From NCBI GenBank assembly GCA_037131245.1, contig JBAXRK010000007.1, positions 7,226 to 71,225 on the forward strand: a DNA stretch of 64,000 nt, given 5' to 3'. This stretch comes from Candidatus Omnitrophota bacterium. Its GTDB lineage: Bacteria > Omnitrophota > Gorgyraeia > Zapsychrales > Fredricksoniimonadaceae. Below the pieces are notes generated by a model. That model was given only the letters and a program-made list of their open reading frames with translations. It made no database searches and was not told the origin of the DNA. Shown in pieces: positions 1 to 8,360 of this stretch (position 1 is the stretch's first letter; every line of letters begins with the position of its first letter). The translations under genes were made by a program, and so were the position numbers.

Positions 1-581
1 TGACATTGACCATTTTGTCAAAGTTTCCCGACCCTGACGTTCTGGCCGGTGTTGAACCGGCGCAGAATGTTATCTTGGCCTCAACACTTAATACCGAGCA
101 TGTTCGGGTCCGCTATGAACGCGGGACCCCTTCGTCTGCCCAACGCCTGAAAGCTCTCGCGACGCTTAAAAAGCAGGGGTGGAAGGTGGCGGTCCGGGTC
201 GATCCCGTGATATTCTATCCCGGTTGGGCGGCTGAGTATGGCCGGCTTTTTAAACAGGCGCGCGCCTTGGGCCCGGAGGCGGTGGTTTTTGGTGTCCTAC
301 GGCACACGCCTGATATCTTCCGACGGTCGTCTACGGCTTTGCGCCGTAAGCTGGAGGAAGATGGTTTGTCCGACATGGGAAGCGGAGAAGAGCGCGTTGC
401 CGAAGTTCACTCTTTGATGCGCCGGTCGCTGGGGACAGCGCTCATGCGGCGTTCTTTACCAATATCATTTAGGGCTGTTCGTCAACCTCTGCCGCTTTTA
501 TGGACCCGCGGGATCGCGGCTAATCCTTTGACGGCGGGTTTGGAGAAGCAGCTTCAGCAAATGGGAATATATGAGCGTTAA
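1..581 (+). CDS. Radical-SAM enzyme, SplB/COG1533-like, C-terminal part only (5' end lies upstream of the window)
   Basis: The frame is open to the window edge. Segment VRVDPVIFYPGWAAEYGRLFKQA resembles the C-terminal half of spore-photoproduct-lyase-type radical-SAM proteins (recalled from memory, not searched). The stop overlaps the next start by 11 nt. Confidence 0.4.
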   Translation, partial: TLTILSKFPDPDVLAGVEPAQNVILASTLNTEHVRVRYERGTPSSAQRLKALATLKKQGWKVAVRVDPVIFYPGWAAEYGRLFKQARALGPEAVVFGVLRHTPDIFRRSSTALRRKLEEDGLSDMGSGEERVAEVHSLMRRSLGTALMRRSLPISFRAVRQPLPLLWTRGIAANPLTAGLEKQLQQMGIYER

Positions 582-1746
582 GGCATCCAACGTTTATTTA
601 AAAAGTTTTTCATGTAATACGGGAAGTGTTTTTCTCGCCCGGCTAGAGCAGCGCTTAAACGCCTTTAAGGGTTTGACGCTTAGCGTCCCGTCGCGTACTT
701 TTTTTGGCAATGACCTGCCTGATCATTTTGCTGACATCCAGGCGGCGGCGCAATGCCGGGTGTGTATCATTGACGGTTGCGCGGTGATGGAATATATCCA
801 TCGGGACGTTCTTGATTATATTGCTCGCTTAAGGGATATGGCGCCGGAAGTGGTCCTGGTCCTGACCGGTTGCGCGGCCAGTTACGCCGTTAAACGGCAG
901 GCTGTTCCCGATGGCATTGCCTGCGCGTCTGATAATATTGATGATATTTGCGCGTTTATTGGTACGCAACTTGGTTTAAGCGCCAGCCCCTCTGTCGATC
1001 GGGCGGCGGTCGATGAACTGATCGCCGACCCGCGCAGTGGCGGTGTCCTGGTACGCTGGGGGTGCAACAATCAGTGCGCGTATTGCGTCGTTCCCAAAGT
1101 CAGGGAAGCCGGCCGGCGGCAGATGGATGTGCCGGCGGAGCGTATTGTTGAAGCCCTTAAGGGGATGTCCTCTCAGGGCATTGATCCGGCGATGCTCAGC
1201 GGCGTGTGTATCAGTTCCTGGCGCGGCCAGATCAAGGGACGCAAAGGAACCTTTGATGATCTGCTGGATCTGATCTTGAAAGAAACACCGGTGCGCATTG
1301 CCCGGCTTTCTTTGCAGCCGAAAGATATCACGCCCAGGACGCTGGAGCTGATCCAAAGTGAGCGGATCCTGCGCCCCTGGATGATCGCGGTCCAGCATTT
1401 TTCCGACCGGATTTTAAAAGCGATGCGCCGGCAGTACGATTCTTACAAGGTGGGGGAGATCTTTGATTTCTTCAAGGCGTCGGGATTGCAGGGGGGCGTG
1501 ATCACCGATCTTATTGTTGGTTTTCCGGGTGAGACGGCCGAAGACCTGGAGTCCCTGGATGTTTTTTTGCGGCGTTATGCGAAGGTTTTGGCCCGGGTGA
1601 AAGTGAGTGCTTACAGCGACCGTGGCCTTACCCTGTCTTCTAAAATGACAGGCCAGATCTCCGAGGAAGAGAAGAAAGAGCGCTCCCGTCTGGTGGCCGG
1701 TTTTTGCGCCAGGCACGGCGTGCCTTGCGAGGAGCTGACGCTATGA
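571..1746 (+). CDS. Radical-SAM methylthiotransferase-like enzyme (MiaB/RimO family architecture, no TRAM domain)
   Basis: CNNQCAYC (aa 165-172, nt 1063-1086) is a CxxxCxxC motif. The N-terminal domain has MTTase-like Cys contexts (FSCNTG, CRVCIIDGC, LTGCAAS). The downstream LIVGFPGETAEDLE block is typical of MiaB/RimO. At 391 aa the protein ends without room for a TRAM domain. Confidence 0.6.
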   Translation: MSVKASNVYLKSFSCNTGSVFLARLEQRLNAFKGLTLSVPSRTFFGNDLPDHFADIQAAAQCRVCIIDGCAVMEYIHRDVLDYIARLRDMAPEVVLVLTGCAASYAVKRQAVPDGIACASDNIDDICAFIGTQLGLSASPSVDRAAVDELIADPRSGGVLVRWGCNNQCAYCVVPKVREAGRRQMDVPAERIVEALKGMSSQGIDPAMLSGVCISSWRGQIKGRKGTFDDLLDLILKETPVRIARLSLQPKDITPRTLELIQSERILRPWMIAVQHFSDRILKAMRRQYDSYKVGEIFDFFKASGLQGGVITDLIVGFPGETAEDLESLDVFLRRYAKVLARVKVSAYSDRGLTLSSKMTGQISEEEKKERSRLVAGFCARHGVPCEELTL

Positions 1747-2678
1747 GGTACCGTGTTCATTACGAGTTCAACCGCGCGTGTGGCCAGGCCTGCGCGTATT
1801 GTTATAACCGTTTTGATCGTCGTCCCGCCGCTGACAGCAAGATGGATGCCCGCCTGGAAGAATATATCATGAAACTTCCCGGTGTAGAAGGTGTTGATGT
1901 TTACCTGACCGGGGGCGAACCTTTGCTCGAGTGGCCGCGTTTGAAAAATTTGTTGCTGCGGTTGAAGGGGTTGCGGAATAAGCAGAACCGCCTGTTCCTT
2001 TTTTCAAGCTTGCGGGGGGCTGGAACACCATTTTTCAGGTTCACGCGCGAGCAGGATGTGGTTCTGTTGATCAATGCTGATAGCGCCGACTTGGAACAGG
2101 CCTGCCGAAGGGGCTTACGGGATATTCCATCTTCTCGCCGTATCCTGACCCATGTCCTTGGCCGCGGCCGGGGGTCTTTGGTCGATCGCTTTAAGGCCTG
2201 GCGACGGTTGGGTTTTCGCGATGTGCGGATCAAATTGCCGTATGCGCCGGACGGGCTGGACCGTTTGCTTAATAAGCCGGAGCAGGCGCGTCTTTTTTCG
2301 CTGATCGATGAAGCCCAAGCGGCCTGCCTGAGCCGGATCAGCCGGGGGGCTCTGACCGCCGAGAGTTCGGCATTATTATCGCTATTCGCGCAGGACATAG
2401 TGTTATTGTCTAAAGGCTCGGTGCCCTGTCCGCCCTGCCGCGCCGGGATCAATTATTTTATGGCCGGGGACGGGAATGTTTTCCCTTGTTTGAAGCTTTC
2501 GACGCCGAAAGTGGTGGCCAAAGGGGGAAGAGGCCATCCCTGCGCGACGGGGAAGCTGGAAAAGAAGTTAAAGGTGCGTTTACGGTCCGGAGCGAAACAA
2601 TTATTATCCGCGATCGACAAGGCGGGCCTTTCTCTTGGGATCATTGAGAAGATCGCAGCAGCATCACCATTTTGTTGA
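1743..2678 (+). CDS. Radical-SAM enzyme with C-terminal Cys-rich twitch/SPASM-like region
   Basis: The internal ATG at 1743 forms an ATGA overlap with the upstream stop, so I prefer it to the track start at 1704. The radical-SAM motif is CGQACAYC, followed by YLTGGEPLL. The C-terminal CPPCRAGINYFMAGDGNVFPC resembles an auxiliary-cluster region. Confidence 0.65.
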   Translation: MRYRVHYEFNRACGQACAYCYNRFDRRPAADSKMDARLEEYIMKLPGVEGVDVYLTGGEPLLEWPRLKNLLLRLKGLRNKQNRLFLFSSLRGAGTPFFRFTREQDVVLLINADSADLEQACRRGLRDIPSSRRILTHVLGRGRGSLVDRFKAWRRLGFRDVRIKLPYAPDGLDRLLNKPEQARLFSLIDEAQAACLSRISRGALTAESSALLSLFAQDIVLLSKGSVPCPPCRAGINYFMAGDGNVFPCLKLSTPKVVAKGGRGHPCATGKLEKKLKVRLRSGAKQLLSAIDKAGLSLGIIEKIAAASPFC

Positions 2679-2697
2679 CGGTTTTGGGAGCGAAAAC

Positions 2698-3411
2698 ATG
2701 AGCAAGACAACGGTCATTGTCACGGGTGGATCAAGGGGCCTGGGCCTGGAATTGGTCCGGGTTTTGTTGCGTGAGGGGTATCAGGTCGCGACGTGTTCGC
2801 GGACTTTGTCTCCGGAGCTCCAGGCCCTGCGCGCGCGGCATTCCGGCTTGCTATGGCAAAAGGTTGATGTGTCGGATGAGAAGCAGGTTAGGGTTCTTTA
2901 CGCGCGGGTTAAAGCCCGTTTTAAGAACATTGACGTTCTGATTAACAATGCCGCGATCCCCGGCCCTCTTGGCTTCTTTAAGGACGTTGCTTTGAAGGAT
3001 TGGGAGCAGGCTTTGCGTGTGAACCTGTTGGGAGCGGTCTATCATACCCATGCGGCTTTGCCTTTAATGGGCAAGAAGCCGGGTGGGCTTATTTTGAATG
3101 TTTCGGCGCCTGTCGCTGGTGATTTGGTCGGTTGCAGTGCTTACGCGGTCGCTAAAACAGCCTTGAATTATTTTTCCGATATTCTTGCGGCAGAATTGAA
3201 GAAAAGCCCTATTGAGGTCAGGACGGTGTTTCCGGGCACGATGGACACCGGGTTTGTTAAAGCCGCGCTGCGAGGCGCGGGAAAGAAGATCCCTTTTTCG
3301 GTGGAGCTGGCACGTCAGAAGCGGCTTGGGGCTTTGCCGGGAGCTGAAGCGGCGGCGGAGAAGATCGTCAGGATGATCGTCGAATGGAGCGCGCGCCATG
3401 GCCGGAAATAA
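2698..3411 (+). CDS. Short-chain dehydrogenase/reductase (SDR)
   Basis: The start is ATG 2698 after GGGAG. TGGSRGLG is a Rossmann motif, NNAA follows, and the Y-x3-K context is SAYAVAKTAL. Length is about 237 aa. Confidence 0.8.
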   Translation: MSKTTVIVTGGSRGLGLELVRVLLREGYQVATCSRTLSPELQALRARHSGLLWQKVDVSDEKQVRVLYARVKARFKNIDVLINNAAIPGPLGFFKDVALKDWEQALRVNLLGAVYHTHAALPLMGKKPGGLILNVSAPVAGDLVGCSAYAVAKTALNYFSDILAAELKKSPIEVRTVFPGTMDTGFVKAALRGAGKKIPFSVELARQKRLGALPGAEAAAEKIVRMIVEWSARHGRK

Positions 3412-4348
3412 AGAAGTGAAGCCGGTCAGAAGAATGCTGCTGGGGTTGACCGACCGCTGCAATATGCGCTGTTCTTATTGTTATGTGCCCTTAGGCCGGC
3501 GCGATATGACCCGGGCCGAGGTGCGTCGGCATTTGACCTGGTTCATTGACGCGCCTGGTGACCGGGAGAAACTGGTTTACCTTTACGGCGGCGAACCGTT
3601 CCTGGTCCCGGAGCTGATGGTTGATGCGGTTGGCTATGGGCAAAAGATCGCGGTCAAACGGGGGAAGAAACTATCTTTCATCGTTGTGACCAATGGAACG
3701 CTGGCCAGCCGGCTGGAGCTGTCGTTCTTTCTTGAGCATCAGATGAAGGTCATGGTCTCGTTCTCCGGTCGCGGCCGGGCCCATGATCGGGTAAGGCCGC
3801 TTCGCGGAGGTAAGGGAACATATGCCACGGCTCTTGCCACCTTGGAGAAATTTGTTGCCTTATTGCCGAATGATCGTCTTTGGTTAAGCGCGACGGTCAC
3901 GCCATCGGGCGTGCGAACGCTGGACGCTGATCTGCGTTATTTTGAAAAGCTGGGTGTAAAGAATTTTCATGTGGAACCGGTCATTCATCCGGACTATCTC
4001 TGGGATAAGCAGGCGGCTGTTTTGAAAGGAGCGGTGGAAGATTTTTTGAGCCGTTTAACGGCGCAGGCCGCGTCAAAAGACAAGAGTCTTTTTAATACGC
4101 TTTTGTGCCGGCAGCTGGAGATGCTTGAGGGGTTGTATCTGCCGCAGGACTATGTGCGTTACAATGATACTCGCTTTTATCCCGGCCGCCGGAGAATGTA
4201 TGATCATTTTGAATTGGATCAGGGGCAACGGCCCGTTTATCCGGTGTGGGACATACTTCGGCAGGTGACCCTGTCGGCGGCGACCGATATTGTTAGACGG
4301 ACAAGGTGCGCGCAATACGTGGAACGCGCTTTGGAAAGGGCCATTTAG
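3398..4348 (+). CDS. Radical-SAM enzyme (no obvious SPASM extension)
   Basis: The motif is CNMRCSYC, followed by YLYGGEPFL. The gene overlaps the SDR stop by 14 nt. Confidence 0.7.
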   Translation: MAGNKEVKPVRRMLLGLTDRCNMRCSYCYVPLGRRDMTRAEVRRHLTWFIDAPGDREKLVYLYGGEPFLVPELMVDAVGYGQKIAVKRGKKLSFIVVTNGTLASRLELSFFLEHQMKVMVSFSGRGRAHDRVRPLRGGKGTYATALATLEKFVALLPNDRLWLSATVTPSGVRTLDADLRYFEKLGVKNFHVEPVIHPDYLWDKQAAVLKGAVEDFLSRLTAQAASKDKSLFNTLLCRQLEMLEGLYLPQDYVRYNDTRFYPGRRRMYDHFELDQGQRPVYPVWDILRQVTLSAATDIVRRTRCAQYVERALERAI

Positions 4349-4359
4349 GGGAGGCGCTC

Positions 4360-5163
4360 ATGGCGGCAAAAAAGAAAGTGATCTTAAATTGGAGCGGGGG
4401 GAAAGATTGTACGCATGCTTTGCATGTCCTTCAGCAGTCGGGTCGGTATGATGTGGTCGGGCTTCTTGAAATAGCGGGCACTCACCGGAATTTACAGCAC
4501 GGGATCCCGCACGCTTTGATCCAGGCGCAGGCGGATAGCCTTGGCTTGCCGTTATTTCGGCATATTGTTACCTGGGACACCAAATCCCTGGCCTTGACCA
4601 GGAACGCTTATCGGGACCTGGTGATCCGGGACCCCGGATTTCACGCGAAACTGCAGGCTTTCAAGAAACTAGGCGTTGCATATCTGGCCGGTGGGGACAT
4701 TGATCCCGACAGTTTTCAGCTCAGGGTGAAGGTCCTGGCGCAATTCGACTCGCTTAAGGCTTTGTGCCCTCTGATCTGCCCGGGCCTGGACCATCGTCTT
4801 TCTGGTGAGGAACGCCGGCAGAGGATGCGGGCTCATTCTTTGGAGCTTGCCCACCGGTTCATCAAAGCCGGTTTTAAGGCTTTGGTCGTTAAAGTTAACC
4901 TTAATACGGAGCGAGGCGACCAAGGCCGGGCGGCCTCTCTGAAGCTTCTTGGCCGCGATTACAACGGGGCTTTTTTGTCTTCCCTGGACAGTTCCATGGA
5001 TCCCTGCGGCGAGTTTTATGAATTCCACACTTTTGTTTACGATGGGCCGGGCTTCCGGAAGAAAGTGGATTTTACGAAAGGCCCGGTGCGTTATGTCAGT
5101 GAGATGGATTACGGGATGCAAGCTATGCTGGATCTAAGCCCGAAGGGCCTGCCGAAAGGATAA
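4360..5163 (+). CDS. PP-loop ATP pyrophosphatase, Dph6/MJ0570 (DUF71)-like
   Basis: The start is ATG 4360 after GGGGAGG. The N-terminal LNWSGGKDC is a PP-loop (SGGKD) and the C-terminal motif is GEFYEFHTFVYDGP. The family assignment is from memory. Confidence 0.6.
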   Translation: MAAKKKVILNWSGGKDCTHALHVLQQSGRYDVVGLLEIAGTHRNLQHGIPHALIQAQADSLGLPLFRHIVTWDTKSLALTRNAYRDLVIRDPGFHAKLQAFKKLGVAYLAGGDIDPDSFQLRVKVLAQFDSLKALCPLICPGLDHRLSGEERRQRMRAHSLELAHRFIKAGFKALVVKVNLNTERGDQGRAASLKLLGRDYNGAFLSSLDSSMDPCGEFYEFHTFVYDGPGFRKKVDFTKGPVRYVSEMDYGMQAMLDLSPKGLPKG

Positions 5164-5171
5164 AGGAGTAT

Positions 5172-5200
5172 TTGTTTTCCTTTTTGACATAGTATATACT
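5172..5200 (+). promoter_or_regulatory. Sigma70-like promoter candidate TTGTTT-N17-TATACT in the only sizeable gap of the rSAM block
   Basis: The hexamers were read directly (5172-5177 and 5195-5200). They lie in the 103-nt AT-rich gap upstream of the Cys-rich gene. A TTGACA at 5184 lacks a well-spaced -10. Confidence 0.35.
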
Positions 5201-5266
5201 TTCATTAAAGAGGTTAAAGAAGCTATTTTCTTAAGACCAATCTTTACTCCGTGAGGGACAAGGCTT

Positions 5267-6385
5267 ATGCGATTTCTTTTCTGCCTGATCGTGCTCTTGT
5301 TTGCTGGTGCCGCTTCCGTTAATGCGGCCGAATCCGCCGCTTGTCCGGTGGGGAGTTCCTGTTCGGATAATTTACCGACCGCGATCGCGGCGGCTTTCAG
5401 CTCGATCAACTGGGATACCTTTACGATCCCTTCTCCGACCTGCCTGGCGGATTGTAGTTGTACGCCAGTCACTGATACGATGCAGTTGGTATGCCTGAGG
5501 GTTAGGGATATGAGGGTTGATGCGATCTATAATTCGATTGCTACCTCGATCGCTGCTGACCCGACGATCTATGGGACAGTTGCCGCCACCGCGAGCAGTA
5601 ACATAACGGCGGCTTTCTCCGGTTTGACTACTCAGGATCAGGCGAAGGCTGCAACGTTGACGCCTAATTTGGTGACCTGGTGGAATTTTAAGATGTGCCG
5701 CAATCAATCGGTTTGTTATGTCTCTGGGGCGCCGGTCGCGGATGGAACCAAACTTCCGGCATCGGTCAATACCCTTGCGGCGTGCAATAATTATAACGGT
5801 ACCGGTTTGTGTGTTAATGCGATGGTTAAACCGAGTTTGACCGCTTCCTGCACCGGGACGCCGACTTTGCTCAATACCAAAGCGAGTCCTGCTAAGGATG
5901 CATGCGTTATTTTAAGCTCCTCAGCTTTTGATCTGACAGCCTTCAATGACTACTATACACTGACCTGCCCGGCGGATAATACGTGCCAGAATGTTCCTCC
6001 GACCGATCCGAGCTATGCCACCAAATTTATTTCGCAGGATACAGTAGCCGGTCTGTTGGCTTTGGCGGAAGGCAATCGCTATGGTGCCGCTAAATATTGC
6101 GAGGATTATGTCCGCGATTATGTGCATGCTCAGGTGCCGGCCGATATATGGACCCCAGCCCGGTATCAATTGATATGGAATTGTAAAATAGCTTTCGGCC
6201 CAGCGGGAACGCGGGATCAGTTGAAAGCGGATATCACCAAATGGGAAGAGAAGGTGTGTGATATGACCTGCGATTCGACGACGGCTCATCCTTATACGAT
6301 CGTTGATACGAGTGTGAAGGATTTTTGTACGGGGACACCGGATACGTATCCCTGGCCTTTGCTGATCGATTACAGTTTGCTGTGA
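5267..6385 (+). CDS. Secreted cysteine-rich protein, unknown function
   Basis: The Sec-type signal peptide is MRFLFCLIVLLFAGAASVNA/AE. The mature part has about 19 Cys (hand count). It is rich in Thr/Ala/Asn/Pro and I recognise no domain. Confidence 0.6.
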   Translation: MRFLFCLIVLLFAGAASVNAAESAACPVGSSCSDNLPTAIAAAFSSINWDTFTIPSPTCLADCSCTPVTDTMQLVCLRVRDMRVDAIYNSIATSIAADPTIYGTVAATASSNITAAFSGLTTQDQAKAATLTPNLVTWWNFKMCRNQSVCYVSGAPVADGTKLPASVNTLAACNNYNGTGLCVNAMVKPSLTASCTGTPTLLNTKASPAKDACVILSSSAFDLTAFNDYYTLTCPADNTCQNVPPTDPSYATKFISQDTVAGLLALAEGNRYGAAKYCEDYVRDYVHAQVPADIWTPARYQLIWNCKIAFGPAGTRDQLKADITKWEEKVCDMTCDSTTAHPYTIVDTSVKDFCTGTPDTYPWPLLIDYSLL

Positions 6386-6401
6386 GGATAGGTGGCGTTT
6401 C

Positions 6402-6704
6402 ATGGTGATCTCGTTACAGAAAGAAGTTTATCCTCCTGAAGCGGTGCTTCAGGCGTGTTATCAGTTCCTTGAGAAAGCGTATTTCTTTATTGATCTTGAC
6501 GCGTCGGGGCAGGTGATCAGGGTCCATATTTCCCGGAAAACCGGGCCGCTTAACAAGGCGTTCAAAAATGTTTTTCTGGAAGAGTTGCTGCATTCTTCGC
6601 TGCGGTTCCAGCTGGCCCGTCGTAATCGCAAACTGCGAGAGTTCATCGTTGGCAGTGCTTTGTTTTCCCGTGATGCCGCGGCCGGAAAGAAACATGTCAA
6701 ATAA
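6402..6704 (+). CDS. hxsD: HxsD-like small protein (His-Xaa-Ser system accessory protein), copy 1
   Basis: It is 100 aa. KEVYPPEAVLQACYQF lies near the N-terminus. ELLHSSLRF sits where the TIGR03976 family carries its LLNDYxLRE signature (from memory). It is immediately upstream of the paired rSAM maturases. Confidence 0.5.
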   Translation: MVISLQKEVYPPEAVLQACYQFLEKAYFFIDLDASGQVIRVHISRKTGPLNKAFKNVFLEELLHSSLRFQLARRNRKLREFIVGSALFSRDAAAGKKHVK

Positions 6705-6921
6705 TAAGCCGGGAACCTGGCGTTTGCTATTTGATAAAAGGGTCTACCCGCTGCGCGCGGTGAAGGCGGCGGCTGATGACTTTTCGCATTTGGGGCGCTT
6801 TGCTGTCCGTCCGGTTCAAGGAATGATCGAAGTGAGCGCTCAGGTGCCAGCGGACGCTTCGCCATCATTGCGTGCGGAGTTCGCGAATTACGCGCTGGGG
6901 GCCGTATGCCAGGGCCGTTGA
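6694..6921 (+). CDS. HxsD-like small protein, copy 2 (divergent paralogue)
   Basis: ATG 6694 overlaps the upstream stop by 11 nt. KRVYPLRAVKAAADDF parallels KEVYPPEAVLQACYQF of copy 1. The C-terminal EFANYALG resembles the DYxL part of the family signature. Confidence 0.45.
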   Translation: MSNNKPGTWRLLFDKRVYPLRAVKAAADDFSHLGRFAVRPVQGMIEVSAQVPADASPSLRAEFANYALGAVCQGR

Positions 6922-8360
6922 AAGGGTTGGAACCCTACGCTTATTTTCGTTTCAGGAAGTTGGGGCGCTCGGTATTGCTGACCAATGAAACGGGTGAGTT
7001 CCAGCATGTGACCCCGGCCCAGTTTGCCGCCATGTCCGCCGGTAAGCTTAAAGCCCTGTTCCCGGACACGTACCAGGCGCTGCGGGACAAGAATTTTGTC
7101 AGGTCTGTTCTTTCAAAGCAAAAAGTAGCCGAACGTTACGCCGGAAAATATTTTGTCGGCGAGGGGTCCAGCCTGCATATTGTGGTCTTAACGCTGCGCT
7201 GCGACCAGGCCTGTGTGTATTGCCATGCCAGCGCGCAGTGCGGCGGTGGCCATGGGCTTGATATGCCGCTTGAGCTGGGCCGCCGGGTGGTTGAGAAGAT
7301 CTTTGAGTCACCATCGCCGACGCTCAGCATTGAGTTCCAGGGCGGCGAGCCGTTGTTGAATTTTGGGGTCCTCAAGGATATTGTCCTGCGGGCCAGTCGT
7401 AAAGCCGCCAGCGGCCAAAGGCCGGTTTCTTTTTCGGTGGTTTCCAATCTGGCGCCGTTGACGGATGAGATGTATCGGTTCTTTCTCAAGCATCATGTTC
7501 AGGTCTGTACATCTCTTGACGGGCCGAAGTGGCTTCATGACCTTCAGCGGCCGCGGGCTGACGGGCGCTCGTCGCACGGGATCGTGACGCGCGGTTTAAA
7601 ACGGCTCGCGACTCGCAAGGATGGGCGTAATGCGTCGTCTCTGCTGACGGTCACCCGCCGCAGTTTGCCCTACTACCGGGAGATCGTTGACGAGTATGTG
7701 AAGCAGGGCATGACGGTCATTCATTTGCGGCCGCTCAATCCTTTGGGCGCGGCGAAGAAAAAGACCGGGTCGATCGGGTATTCAGCGGAAGCATTTGTTA
7801 AGTTCTACCGGCAGGCTCTGGATCATATTTTGTCGCTCAATCGTCAGGGGCGTTTTTTATCTGAGCGCACGGCAGTGATCTATCTGACCAAGATCCTGAC
7901 CAGCACGGACCCGCGATACCTGGACTTGCGGTCGCCCTGCGGGGCGGGGATCGGGCAGGTCGTGTACAATCATGATGGTGATGTGTACACATGTGATGAG
8001 GGGCGGATGCTAGGCACGGCGGGCGATCCGGCGTTTCGGATAGGGCCGCTCGCGTCGTTCTCCTTTAAAACGCTGGGCGATAGCCCGGTGGTCAAGGCGT
8101 GTTGTACCGCGTCGTGCCTTGAGGTCGTGCCGGGTTGTTCCGAGTGCGCGTACAAGCCTTATTGCGGTGTGTGCCCGGTGCTTAACCACGCGATCGGCGG
8201 AAATGTGTTCCGGTCAGCGTCTTTTGTTTGCGAGATAAAAAAAGGGATCCTCGATCATTTGTTCGCAAGGCTCGAGGACCCGCGGGACAGGAAAATATTT
8301 TATCGATGGATCAATGCGCCAAGCGAGGAGGCCAAAGATGGCAAGCAAGAAAAAGGTTAA
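6906..8360 (+). CDS. hxsB: Radical-SAM/SPASM maturase, HxsB-like
   Basis: It is 484 aa. The N-terminal YAYFRFRKLGRSVLLTNETGEFQHVTPAQF precedes the core. The motif is CDQACVYC, followed by FQGGEPLL. C-terminal Cys clusters are CGAGIGQ...YTCDEG and CSECAYKPYCGVCP (SPASM-like). Assignment to HxsB rather than HxsC rests on length and memory only. Confidence 0.55.
   Translation: MPGPLKGLEPYAYFRFRKLGRSVLLTNETGEFQHVTPAQFAAMSAGKLKALFPDTYQALRDKNFVRSVLSKQKVAERYAGKYFVGEGSSLHIVVLTLRCDQACVYCHASAQCGGGHGLDMPLELGRRVVEKIFESPSPTLSIEFQGGEPLLNFGVLKDIVLRASRKAASGQRPVSFSVVSNLAPLTDEMYRFFLKHHVQVCTSLDGPKWLHDLQRPRADGRSSHGIVTRGLKRLATRKDGRNASSLLTVTRRSLPYYREIVDEYVKQGMTVIHLRPLNPLGAAKKKTGSIGYSAEAFVKFYRQALDHILSLNRQGRFLSERTAVIYLTKILTSTDPRYLDLRSPCGAGIGQVVYNHDGDVYTCDEGRMLGTAGDPAFRIGPLASFSFKTLGDSPVVKACCTASCLEVVPGCSECAYKPYCGVCPVLNHAIGGNVFRSASFVCEIKKGILDHLFARLEDPRDRKIFYRWINAPSEEAKDGKQEKG

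Noticed and set aside
8314-8337. Track start codon (8314) for the precursor-like ORF, and similar N-terminal extensions at 1704, 2635, 4306, 13494, 15771, 21218, 24116, 24946, 27003, 38540, 45400 and 53795
   Set aside because: In each case an internal ATG follows a GGAG-type RBS or forms an ATGA/stop-start overlap with the upstream gene. That internal ATG also gives the N-terminus expected for the family, so I report the internal starts.
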